A DNA stretch of 63,782 bases, counting the filler, from Choristocarpus tenellus KU-1152 (taxonomy: Eukaryota; Protista; Phaeophyceae): NCBI GenBank assembly GCA_964200185.2. It is 13 parts of 13 records of this genome, joined end to end, with 100 filler letters (N's around TTAATTAATTAA, not from the genome) between each part and the next. Parts side by side here need not be neighbours in the genome. Positions count along the whole stretch, not along the records: positions 12,065 to 18,860 come from CAXNAD020007326.1; positions 18,961 to 25,658 come from CAXNAD020007538.1; positions 25,759 to 31,145 come from CAXNAD020010953.1; 10 more parts are not named here. One strand, given 5' to 3'. Every line of letters starts with the position of its first letter. The stretch's first letter is position 1. Shown in pieces: positions 13,729 through 26,290 of the stretch. Made by a program: the position numbers and the translations under genes. The notes beneath the pieces are model-generated. The model was not told where the DNA came from. It ran no database searches and saw only the letters and a program-made list of their open reading frames with translations.

Positions 13729-15724
13729 ATGTCAGTACGACGGCAGGTTCGACTTCGAAAGGAGTACATTTACCGCAAATCTCTGCAAGGGAAGGAGGCA
13801 GTGACCTATGAGAAGAAGCGAAGGGTTCGTGAGGCTTTGAGAGATGGTACACCCCTCCCCACGGAATTGAGGGCAGATGAGGCCAGCCTGCGACATCAGG
13901 TGCTCACTTATTCCGGATGCATATGGAATCGTAGAAGAATGAAATATCTAGGGCACTTGACTACATTTTGGACGCTCCACTTCATTGCTCCAATATAAAT
14001 GTGGAGTAGGTTGTGTTTCGAGGTTGCAAGTTGTCAGGCTGTATTGACCACTAACCCCAAGAGGTACATGTTGTGGTGCCAGACATCATTTGAGTACATT
14101 AACAAAGCATTGCCCATGACCAGGTAGAACTAGAAGATGATGAGACAGCGAAGGAAAAGAACTATATGGATGATGAGTACGCACAGGCGGGCTTGAGAGA
14201 CCCAAAGATCTGTGTGACAACGAGTCGAGATCCGTCCAGCAGGCTCAAGCAATTCGCGAAGGAGATCAAACTGATAATACCCAATGCCCAGCGTATTAAC
14301 CGCGGTAACCATAAGGTGTGATTTCTTTTCCTATTTTAAGGTAGATTCGATCGAGTCAATGAAACCTACGGTCAAACTCTCGGCTAAACCTTTGGTCGTG
14401 AAACGATAGTGGGTGTTCAAAACCAACCCATGAGGTGTCTTCTTGAATAGACGCTTAACTCCGTGTCTGAACGTTGTTCCCCCAACATGTCGCCTCCGGC
14501 GCCCTTATCCATCTGCGCCGTTGCCAAATCCTGTTTTTTACTCAAGGTTGGGGAGCTTGTGGAGGCCTGTCGCTCGAGCGACTTCACGGACATGGTCGTG
14601 GTGCAGGAGACTCGAGGAGAGCCCGATGGTCTTATCGTGTGCCACCTCCCACTTGGCCCAACAGCTTTCTTCACACTCTCAAATTGTGTTCTACGACATG
14701 ATATTGCAGACCGTGGGACTGTCAGTGAAGCATATCCACATCTAGTTCAAAACAACTTCACGACTTCTCTGGGGGGTCGAGTGGCTGATATTCTTAAGTA
14801 CTTGTTTCCAGTGCCCAAGGTAGGTGTATTAGCTGTGCATCGAGCCACTATCAGCTCATCGATTGGTTGCATTGACTTGCATGCGTACCTCAGGACAATC
14901 TCCAAAAACTAGATGTAGCAAGCCAGCCTTCGAACAAGACCCTGCCAAACTGCGTGTGTAGGCAAACATTTTTGTAGTCATGTTGTACACCTAGGTGACC
15001 ATTGCAAAATGGATGTGCCACCATGTCATGCTTTAGTCTCATTAAGAGTCGTGTCTCATACTTCGATTCGCTGGAATAGCACTGCACCAGAAAATAGACA
15101 CTACATCAAATCTACTGTCAATCGGCATCTCAGATCAGTGCATTAGTGCATTGCCATGTCACTCTGTTTTGATCTTACACATTTAAAGCTGACTCATGCC
15201 CATATTACAATGTGCCATGCCCAAGTCTTGATCGTTTCATTCATGTAGCCTTGTTACGCATCCTATGCACAGGCAGAAGCACAACGAGTGATTACCTTCT
15301 CGAATGAGGATGACGTAGTCTTTTTCCGACATCACACATTTGAGAAGACTGGACCAAAAGATGTGGTGCTGCATGAGGTTGGGCCACGATTTGAAATGCA
15401 GCTGTATCAAATCCGCTTGGGAACTTTAGAACAGGTGAGGAGCGCATACCCGCTGTCAGGTAGTGGCACAAGTAAAGTCCCTTGGATACAGTGGTTGCTT
15501 GCTGGTCCTCGAAATATTTTTCTTTTGCTACAAGTTATATCTTACTGTACAAACTAAGGCCTGTGAGAAAACGCCACCAAAGTATCCCGAACGTTTTTTG
15601 AAACATTTCCCAACAATCCATATCTTGTCCTTGCATCCCTTGTATTGCTAAACAGACGGAAGCCGAGAATGAGTGGGTCCTCCGGCCGTACATGAACTCA
15701 GCAAAGAATAGACGCTTTTTGTGA
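13729..15724 (+). CDS. IMP4: U3 snoRNP protein IMP4 (Brix domain), complete, 288 aa
   Basis: Exons 13729-13899, 14124-14315, 14547-14819, 15273-15434, 15656-15724. [54 protein letters not shown]. Confidence 0.95.
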
Positions 15725-17449
15725 AGCAAAACACCATTTTAGTTTGTGTGTATCAAGTTGGTTAGCTGCACAACACACATGACTTGTTATCCAACATTTT
15801 GTCTACTTGTGGAGGTTTTGCATCTCAGATTGTACACAAAAGATGATTTTCGCCTTTTCTTATTTTTTGTGGCATAGGTCCCCTTGTAGGTGTTGTTTTC
15901 CAATTCTCACCATGGAGTAGGTGGAATGGATATCTTCTGCAATCCTGGCAAAGCTGAGTTTGATACGGATATACCATTGTTGAGAAACGGCGCTTTGGAA
16001 GATTTGCCTGTCTGCATTACATTGAACTCTTGAACCATTCAGCAAGCATCATGTGCCAGGATAATGGTCACAATGTAGTCCCTCTTTATTATCATCTGTA
16101 TGAATTGTTTGGAGTAACTCTAGAAACTGCAAGAGTGTCATGTCTCTCCTTGATCCTTCCTCATGTGGCAACATGGAATGTGGAAGTGTGCACCGGGTTC
16201 TTGAGTATATTTATTCTAGTTAGCATATTGAAAATTGTGTTGTTCAGACCATAACATTGATAGAATTGTGTGATTCTCTGCTGCAGTGCTCCCAAGCCCT
16301 TTACTACTATAGTGCTCTTTATGTAGTTATGTACTCCCGGTTTCTGCACCTTGAACAAGGCTAGAAACATCTGAGAAAGCAAGTCATTGATGCCTCTGTT
16401 CACAAGGGGCACTCTAGAGCCAGTGTGACATCTTTATTTTACAGGCACTCGGACTTCAGCTAGTGGTACTCTGGAGTAGTTCTTGTTTATGGATGTGAAT
16501 AGTTATGCAATTTGGTTTCTTGGGTGGCTTCTGCTGGCATCACATTTGTGGTTAGGAAGTGACTGGTAGGGGCAGGAGCAACAACTGTAAATGTAGACAT
16601 GAGACAGTGGGAGCACCACTTCAGTGACTTGTGTTCGGTTCACTACTAAAATGCCACTCCCTGAAGTATACCTCTTGGGGATTTTACTTTGTCAGTGGTC
16701 CAACACAGACAAACAGAATGCAGTAAACTGTGATAGAAGGTGTTACGGAGTAATTACCTCAAGTGCAGATTAACATTCTACTTCTTTGCAGGGCATTTAG
16801 CACATTTTGATGAGGGTAGGTGTGTGATACCCATAGTGCAGTGGTTGCATAATGTTGTCATGACTTGACTTTGATCATGCATGTCCAGGTCCTGCTGGAT
16901 CGAAGGTACCTTGCATTGCCCACTGAAATTTGCTCATAAAATGCTCTTTTTTGCTCTTAACACAAGTAATAAAATACTCCAATTGCTGCATCTATTTGAG
17001 ATGCACCTGATAAGTACATTATTAATATGTCATTTTCTTCAGCACTTTTTATAATTCCATTTTTTCAATATTGGTTCAATTGGTTAGCTGTAGTTGCAAT
17101 TTCCCCATTATGTGTGTTGTGCTCACTTTTGATGAAGTATTGGGTGAAAGTTTAATTATCAGTCACAAAATTTATGTGTTCATAACATCAGAGTGCATAT
17201 GGGGCAACTGTTGGTAGACAACCCTGATGATTTTTAGCCCCTATACTTGAGCAGCCTGGAGCTCATGATAATGCCTGAGTAGGTGTTTCAGTGTGGTGCC
17301 ACACTTTGGGGCTCCCTCTAGCAAGTCGGTGAGGCTGGCATGCTACAGGGTGAATTGGGTTTTCTGTCTCAGGTGCTCCATAAACATTTGTTCATGAACC
17401 TGTGCAGTGACCCTCCAGCTCATATGGAGCCTATGGGAGCAAGTAGGGG

Positions 17450-18017
17450 CAATGCTTTTCAAGGCTAACCCTTGAAATGATGAAAATGACTGTCAGAATT
17501 GTATTTGTAGGTTTGTTTGTGGTGTTCTGGATGCTCATCCATTTCCCGCAGGCGATGTGGAACATCCTCTCCTTTCTTACAGATGCCTAGGTCCAAGTGG
17601 TTATTAAAGTGCTGTCAGCAGTAGGACTGCGGCTTGCCCTTTCCCTATGGCCTCATCTGGAGGGCATGATGGAGAAACTGCAATGGGCAGCAAGCAACCT
17701 GCTTTGCCATGCTGGACTTGCTGAAGGGATATTGGCAATTTCCCCCTTTGGTAGAAGTTGAAGATTTTCATGATATTCACTGCAGACAGTTTGTTTTCAC
17801 CTACACATACGCCACAGGGCATGCTGAATGCTACCTCACATTTTCAAGCTAAGATATCTCATGTTCTTGCTGGTCGAGTCAATTTGGTGTATAAATGGTT
17901 TGGGTGGATGACATCATGTGAGTGATTACTCTGGATACTGTGGTGACTAATCTGGACAAGGCGCTGGAACGGCTGGATGGGCATGGGACCTATGCTGTTG
18001 GTGATGAGAGTGAATTC
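17450..18017 (+). mobile_element. Degenerate Ty3/gypsy reverse transcriptase remnant
   Basis: Broken frames give FAMLDLLKGYWQFP, PQGMLNATSHFQ and VWVDDI (RT motifs); truncated by the copia LTR. Confidence 0.75.
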
Positions 18018-18411
18018 TGTGCAATATAGGCTGATAGTCTATATGGATTATATGAGGTATTTAGTGACTGATACTAGACAACAGAAATGTTGACCAAGTA
18101 GAACAAGTGCCGTTGGCTTGCGTTCGTGTGCGTAAAGTAATGAGTTCGAACGTCAGATGATCGATTTCTTATTACTTGATATAAATGGACTGATGGAGGA
18201 GTACTGACATAGTACTAGCTACACAGGATAGGTGACATAGTACGATGTAGCGGCAGGACACATTTTGATGTGTCAGCTGATGTGTCATAATAAACAATAA
18301 GATGATAAGAGAGAGCACCCCCCACCACCGACGGCTGTGCTCACTCCGCTAATAAACATATCCATACCACATAAAGCAAAATACTCTACTTGAGTAGTTC
18401 TCTTTTGCATA
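18018..18411 (+). mobile_element. 5' LTR of a Ty1/copia retrotransposon
   Basis: TGTGCAA...TTGCATA; homologous to 60022-60412; followed directly by the PBS GGTTATGAGCC and gag. Confidence 0.88.
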
Positions 18412-18415
18412 GGTT

Positions 18416-18860
18416 ATGAGCCTCAGTGGTATGGGAGCGGGCCCCCGTAAGCCGCCACTCTGGAGTGGAGCGCGGGGGCATACACGGGAGAAGTGGGCGG
18501 AATGGCGGATGGCGCTGGTAAGCTATGCAGGAGGTAAAGGACTGTACCGGATCCTCCAACCAGAATACCACATTCCGGCACCTCCCACGCCTGACACATC
18601 GTTTGGAGAACGCAGCGCGTACGAGGAGTACGTTAAACATCGTGAGGCATTATGGTTCCTTTTGGGCCAGGCCACGAGAGGAGCTGCTGCGATGGTGGTC
18701 AGCTTGCACGAGAACAATGGTAGCCCTGATGGAAGGGCGGCCTGGCTCGAACTAGAGCAAATATATGGTGGGCGCGCTACAATTCAGCGACCTATGCAGC
18801 TTATTGCCCTTGAAATGAAGCTGCGAGACACATTCTGCTCGTTAGTGGAGGACGCTGCAG
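18416..18860 (+). CDS. Copia-type gag, N-terminus (cut by contig end)
   Basis: Open frame with WAEWRMALVSY...LWFLLGQAT...DGRAAWLELEQIYG, typical of copia gag, directly after the PBS. Confidence 0.8.
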
Positions 18861-18960
18861 NNNNNNNNNNNNNNNNNNNNNNNNNNNNNNNNNNNNNNNN
18901 NNNNTTAATTAATTAANNNNNNNNNNNNNNNNNNNNNNNNNNNNNNNNNNNNNNNNNNNN

Positions 18961-20123
18961 CCCCGTCTACCCCCCCGTATAGGGTGCCCAAGTGTTCCTG
19001 AATACCAGGGTTGTGCTGGCAGTGCGGCACGCCTTCGCGATGGTCCCTGGTGAGCATAAACAGCCGCGACGTGTTAGGCCGGCCCTTGCAGCGCAGTTTG
19101 AAGTGTCCGAGTGTTGCATGTGAGGGCTCTGGGAGTACATCGCCGATCAGCTTGCCCATGGCCACATGCTTGACCTAGGGGTGGCGGCATGTGGTGGGCG
19201 GCCTTCGGAACTCACACCCACCAAATGGCCACAATGCATAGTATCAACTCCGATAATCGGTCATCCACAGTGCGTCAGGTGGCAATGAAGATGGCTGCCA
19301 AGGGGCTGGATTATAGCACGAGCACCATAAACAGGTGGTTGGATGATATGGGGGCCATGCCGAATCGCCGCTGGATCAAACCCAAGCTTAAATCGTGCCA
19401 AAAGGTATGGAGAATGGACTTTTGTTGCTATCAAGTGGACCGAAAATGTGGTGTGTATGCCTCATGGCGAACACGATCCATTCCTTAGTTGCAGGGGAAG
19501 CACGTTGTCGTTCAGCAAGACGGTGCTACCCCCCACACGGGCAAGGACAACTCAGAAATCTTGTCGGGGGTGGGGAAGACCCCCCGCACGGGCAAGGACA
19601 ACTCAGGAATCTTGTCGGGGGTGGGGAAGACTGAGGGGTGGTCGATTAGGCTTGTGATGCAGTCATCTAACTCCCCCGACTTCAATATCATGAACCTTTG
19701 ATTCCTCAGGTTTTTGAAATGCTGGGTGATGGGGGAGCGGTTTGGGTCCGTTGAGGAGATGGTGAAGGGTCATTAAGAAACAGTATGAGGAGTATGATGA
19801 AACCACACTTAAGATGGCTTGGCAGGTCCTTTTTGTGGTATACAATCAAGTACTTAGATACAAAGGGGGGAATGACTTCAGTGTGGAGCACACAGGGGTA
19901 AGGAAGAGGCAGTTGTCTGGTGAGCTTGAAAAGACGCTGAGGGTAGACATGGAGGCTTTTCTGTGGCTCATAAAATTGTGATGGATGGTGAGTAATAGTA
20001 ATAAAAAGAGCTGAACCTAACTAGAAATTCGTCAAGGATTCCAAATCTTCTTTCGGAAATGAATTTCATCGACATCTTCAAAAGTTATGGACAACGCGGC
20101 ACAGACTTATGGCACGGAGGTAG
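18961..20123 (+). mobile_element. Internally deleted plant-type (DD39-41D) mariner transposon
   Basis: RWIKPKL...QK..RM.F, VVVQQDGATPH, QSSNSPDFNIMNL. Right TIR reads CTACCTCCGTGCC on the reverse strand and is followed by TA (20124-20125). Confidence 0.8.
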
Positions 20124-22036
20124 TAAATAGCATTAGAGATATCAACTCTCAAATGGGGGGGCTTGTGTGTGCAAGGCTCTAATTTCCTCTCCCAACTTCT
20201 ATCCTGACCAAGTCTTACCTACTTGACAAGTACACCAAACACTACTACACAGCACACACATTGGGGACAATTACAGCTGAGATATAACCTCAGACCATGA
20301 CCTCCTTTCTACCCCCTAAAAAACCACCTTGAACAGTTCTTCCAACTAACCCTGGGGATAAAGGAACAGTACCAACCTAGAACTCAACCAATCAAAAGTT
20401 GCTTCATACTCAGCATTCAACTTGGGGAGGAATTCACGTCAAGGCCACATACCCAAACAGCACATCAACACAAAAAGGTGTTCAATGGTACTACTAACAA
20501 TGGACAGTTTGAGATCTGGGAGACTGTTAACATACTTTGGATCTTCTGGATTAAGGAAGGGGGACCAGTTTGGGGACATAGCCGACACAACTGAGGGAGG
20601 GACAGCAAACAAGGGGGACAACATGTCAACACTATTCATGACCTGTGGATTCTGTTGTTCTTGGAAGCACGTAGTGTCTTCATTATTAGCCTCCACGACC
20701 ATTTGATTGATACCCAACTTGCCTACCTGATACCTCCTGACTGACCACACATGTAGCAAAGGTGTACGCCATGTCCTGATCATCATTGTAGGATGGTGGA
20801 TCTGGGTCTTTCGGTTCGTTAACTCCGCCTTTCAGCACATCATGTTTCTAAGGGGAATCAACCTGACCCCTCAGACAGTTGCCAGGAGATATCATTGTCC
20901 AGAATAATAGAACTCCTGTACCGTTGATTGGTGATTGGATATTGGTAAGACTACACTGATGTAATTGTCAGATGTTTTTTTTTTCCTATTTCACTAATAC
21001 TTAATACTATATTTTGATGTTGAAGGAATTATTTGGTAGAAAAATTACGGCATACGATGAGAGCACACCAACAAAGTTCTTTTCCATTCATCTCATCATA
21101 TCAAGGGGGCCACGGGAGGCTTGATTCCCCTTTCTTCTATTGACTTCTCTATCCTGGCTAACTCTATATTACCTTAGCAAATAGCAGTCTGCGGTGTAGA
21201 TTTGCATAGCCATGACAGATGTAGACCTGGGCTTCTCCTTGACACACACACACACACATATATATATATATGTGCGGTTCTGTATTCTCCTTCGACCTGG
21301 GTGCCTGGGAGGCATCCCACCATTTTGGAGGGGGTGAGGTGCGTTGCTCAGTGTGTTGTTTCAAAGCATGAAAACGTGCTCAATAAATGGAGATGCATGT
21401 GGAGGTCAATCATATGAAACCTACACCTGGCATTTTTCGGAGTATGTATGTGCGTTGTGGGTTGGTGATATTTCTGTTTCAGGATGGTTCACCGAACACT
21501 CAAGAAAAAAGTCCTGGGATACGACTCCAATAATATCACCACCTCATCATGTTGTCTTTGAATGGATTGTCAGTGTCTGGTGGTGGGTGAACACAAATGG
21601 AACCGAACAGATCTATCTCGCAACTGTACCAGAAGATCGAGTTGGAACAGTCGACAACATGTCCCACCCAATAAGAGTCACTCAAAATGAACTGCAAAGG
21701 GAAGGAATTCTGATAGGAGTTGAGGGTCTGTTTGTTGAACAATAGAACTGACTTGATCAACATGTCAACACTCTAATAACTGGAGATATTCCACTGGAGG
21801 TGTTCCTGGGACGTGTTGTTTGTCCACAAGATTCAAGATATGAACCTAGGAGGCGTTTGCTGTTCACATTTAACCACTGTGAACTACATACTTTCCAATT
21901 TACGGACCTTGAGCACCTTGCGATACGTGTGAGCTGTCGACATTTAGAGAGGGGATTGATAAACTTACAAATTATTCAAAGCAACCTAACAGATCTTCGA
22001 TAGGAGAACGGAAATTGGCGTGGTGTTATCGTTGAG

Positions 22037-25000
22037 ATGGCGGACAAGTTACTGAAGAATGTATCCAGACTGGGTGTTGCCACAGCGGGAATAGCTGCCA
22101 TGTAAGGGCAGTTGAATTTGAATCCCCTCTCCATGCGGTTGTCAAATACGTGGGAAATTCATTTTGTTTTTACCTGGTGATACCGAAGAATTGAAAAGCC
22201 TTTTGTCACGCTATCTGCTTCATGCCGTGACAACCACTTCTGGCGACCTCTCCTTCAGGTTAAACCATTTATTACGGTATGTGAGCGCTTGCAACCAGGG
22301 TTGTCCTCCCCTGCCAAAATGCCACCATGATACATAAACGATGAGGGGACTCTCACGACGTCCGGAGAGACTGCTATCGGTCTTACTTACCCAATGCTCA
22401 ATTGGTGGATATGTTGTACTGTCCCTGACAAAATAACGACCACTTGACCTCTCTATGCACCCCCAGCCCTGCAATAGGCACCATCGATCCCCTACCGTTA
22501 CTGCTCAAGAAACGATCGCATAAATTGCCAAGATCTCTCCAATGAACTCAGTGGTGTTTTCACGGCTTAAACGCGATCTCCTGAATCGAGTCATATCAAC
22601 GCCCACACATTAACTGTACGTCCAATTAATTCTTGCTGGTTCCCCTACCCCTAATCTAATATCCTTGCTACAGTGATACGTGTCTTTTCAATGTGGATGG
22701 GGGGCAACGCGCCGTTATCTTCGATCGTTTTCAGGGTGTGAAGGAGAAGGTTGTGGGGGAGGGGACGCACTTCATGATTCCAGTCATTCAAAAGCCCATC
22801 ATTATGGACGTCCGTGCGCGCCCGAGAACAATCAACTCCGTCACGGGTACCAAGGACTTGCAAATGGCTAATATTTCGTTGAGGGTACTGTCGCGGCCGA
22901 TGGAAGAGAAGCTACCAGTGATATACCAGCAGTTGGGAACAGACTTTGACGACAGGGTCCTACCCTCCCTGGGAAACGAGGTAGATGGCCAGGGGGGGCA
23001 AAAGCTGCTTTGGAGATTATCTTATTTTTTATCCCACGTTACGATGATTGCAAATCGTTCTGTTCTTGTCCCTTTACCCTGCAGTCCTTGCTGCTTGTGT
23101 TGATTTTTCATCTCTGTTGGTGCTTTGTTGCTACAATTTGCTACCAACCCCTCAGCGCCTGCTTCGACCCCCATCCCAGTTTGCATGCCCTCAAGTCACA
23201 TTCTTCATATTTTTCCCGCACAACAAGCATATTCAACTCTTTTTTGGTGAGTGATGAGAGGTAGTAGTAACCTCTGAGCCTTTTTTTTTTCACAATCCAC
23301 AAAGTGCAGGTGCAAGAGGAGGACTTTGATGAATACGATTGCAAAATCCAGATGCATTTACCTCATTTACTTCGAGGTGGAACCCCTATGCATTTACCTC
23401 TTTTCCTTGTGCACTTTTTCCTTTGTCCTCCTTTCACTTGTCAAGTGTCTTGTGCTCTTACACTCAATCTCTTTATGTCTGTTGAAACCTACTTCGGTGC
23501 CTGTTACCTGTTTTGGCTTACCGTCATCCTCGCTTTGGCTCTGGGTTGTGGGGAGAGAACAGGTCCTTAAAGCAGTCGTGGCTAAGTACAATGCAGAAGA
23601 GCTCCTGAGCAAGCGTGAATCAGTGAGCACGCGCATTCGTGAGGAGATAATGGAGCGATCAAGGCACTTCAACCTTATAATGGACGATGTGTCCATTACT
23701 CACCTTACCTTTGGAAGGGAGTTCACCAAGGCCATTGAGAACAAGCAGGTATGATATGTCATGGATAGGTTCTGGGGCAAGAGCTAGTGGGGAGCTTTTG
23801 TGAGTAGGAGATGTGGAAGCAAAGGATATATGGGGGGGGTTGTGGAGGGGGTTGGTGAGATGGAGATACTTTTTTACTCAAGATTATTTTGCGAAAGATC
23901 TGATGGTGCGGGTCAAGGATTAAAGGGATGGGGGTCAAGAGCACATTGCTGTATTTTGAACGATCATGGTGTCTCGCTACTCAAGTCTGTGTTGATGTTC
24001 AAGGGAACTTTAGATATCATTGTTGGAGGATTAAAGAGTTTCCCGGCAGGGATGAAATAGGCACACCTTGAACACAACTTTTCATGTAACACAACTTGAT
24101 GTTTTGTGTTACATACGACAAAGACATGATGTGGATATTGGATGATACAGATAAAACAGCCCGGAGCGTTGTCCTGTACATCGGACATCATGAGCTAGTC
24201 CAACACGTCTACTTCTCAAGATTTATTTCTTCTTTCTAGCATTTTTTTTTTAAATTTCTTGACGTTTTCTTATTTACTGAAAGGTTGAAATATATATATT
24301 TTTATTATGAGGAATATGAATGTGTCATTGCGAGCCATTTTGTGGAATATTTCCTGAGCAAACAGAACCTAACATTGTTCTGGACATCAGACATGAGAGA
24401 GAGAGACCAAATGGACTTTGGCCATTTTACGAACAACGGGTCTTGGAGAACAACTGGCCACCCAAGCATTGTCTGGAGAGCAGATGTTGAGAACAATGGC
24501 TGTAGTGAAGTAAAGGATATTGTCTGCTATTGACCAAATCTGACCGAAGGTGTTGGTTGTTGTGTTGTACAAGATGCGATGAGCCGTTGATTTTGCAGAA
24601 AATAATTGGAGAAGGGCACCATTGAAGGAATTGGGGGATAACATAGCAGTATAATGTTGCAGCATTGACCAATGACAGTTCCTTGAAAGTGGTTGGAAGA
24701 GATCCTATGTGGGACCTGTCTGTGGCAGTGAAAGTGACCCTGACTTACACAGTCAGCTGTTTGTTGTATACTAGTACCATAATCACGGACTAGACAACAA
24801 CCGTACCTCACGTCCCTGGAAACAGAGGGAAAAGTGGTGGAATTGATATCACCTTGTTATTTTGTCATAATGAGTGTAGTAAAGTTGATTGCCTGTATTC
24901 TAGGTAATGGTTGGGTTTTTAGATCACACCACATGGGAGTAGAATCAACAGTACATAGCGGCTTGGCATGGTCAACCCCCTGAGACAGCACAGGATTCGG

Positions 25001-25563
25001 TAATCCTTCACAGGAGTAACCCTGCATGTCTCCTTTTGTCGGCTTATCTGGCTACTTTGCAAGTTCATTTCTGTAGCATTTGTGCAATCGTTGTAGGCAA
25101 AAATTTGTAAGACTTCCACCTACTTCTACTCTTAGTTCTTCATCCTCTCCTTGTCGATGCATGAGATGACCTCCACCCCCACCTCTCCATGCACATATCT
25201 ACCGGTTTTTTTCCCCATTTCAGACCCCACTCTCTTCTCATCTAAGTCACGCCAAGCACTGTCCCTAACCCCGGCCACAAACTGAACATGCCCTAGGTCG
25301 CACAACAAGAGGCTGAGAGACAGGTGTACTTGGTGGCTAAGTCAGATCAGGAGCGGCAGGCTTCCATCATTCGTGCTGAGGGAGAGGCAGAGGCAGCCGA
25401 GCTCATTTCCCAGGCACTGAAGTCAAGTGGGGTGGGGCTTATTGAGGTTCGACGCATTGACACTGCAAAGGAGATTGCCGAGACTCTTGCCAGTTCCCGT
25501 AATATTACTTACCTGCCAGGAAGTGGTGGTGCCAATATGCTCCTGGGCATCAATTCTGCATGA
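22037..25563 (+). CDS. PHB1: Prohibitin (PHB1-like, SPFH domain), complete, 274 aa
   Basis: Exons 22037-22101, 22674-22980, 23563-23748, 25297-25563. [59 protein letters not shown]. Confidence 0.93.
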
Positions 25564-25989
25564 TGAACGGCTTGGGAAGCAGGGCTATGGGGGGGGGGGG
25601 GGGGGGGGGGGGAGGCAGGGGGGGGGGGGGGGGGGAGGGAAATTTTTTGGGGGGAGAANNNNNNNNNNNNNNNNNNNNNNNNNNNNNNNNNNNNNNNNNN
25701 NNTTAATTAATTAANNNNNNNNNNNNNNNNNNNNNNNNNNNNNNNNNNNNNNNNNNNNTCACTCGGTACCACGGTATAACGGTATATGGCATACGGCAAT
25801 AACGGTATTATAACAGACAATCATGATTTCCACAGCTGATCCTCAATGAACTCGTTACCCAACCATTAAAAAAAATCAAGATTGGTAACCGCCAAAACTT
25901 TACGTGGGCGAACCTCAGTTTAATATTGTTTAAGCCAATCACAGGACACTGTGACGCAAAATAATGAGCTCCGAGTTGTCGCCTGCCCT

Positions 25990-26290
25990 TCACAGGACAA
26001 TGTGAATTGAACCGATAGAGATGGTCTGGGGGCGGGCGAAGCACTATGTACGAGGCCATTGTGACTACACCTTGCCTGGAATGAGAGCCAAAACTCTTGT
26101 CAGTCTTAAGGATGAAGGGAGGCTGTCCAGAGTAATTGTGGAGAGGTTCTTCAGGATGAGTATTGCTTACCATATGATATATTCCAACGAGAAAGGCATG
26201 GAGTGCACCAAATTGGACAGGGTATACAAAAACTTTTTAAGTCTCACGGGAGGCCTGCACCTTCAGAATCCCTTATTTGACTTTGCATGG
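25990..26290 (+). mobile_element. IS630/Tc1/mariner transposase C-terminal remnant
   Basis: CELN-x-IEMVWGRAKHYVRGHCDYT (frameshifted), the conserved final catalytic-motif region. Confidence 0.65.

Noticed and set aside
20439-21745. TGA recoding (alternative code or selenocysteine)
   Set aside because: Intact genes (IMP4, PHB) terminate with TGA; CpG decay explains in-frame TGAs more simply
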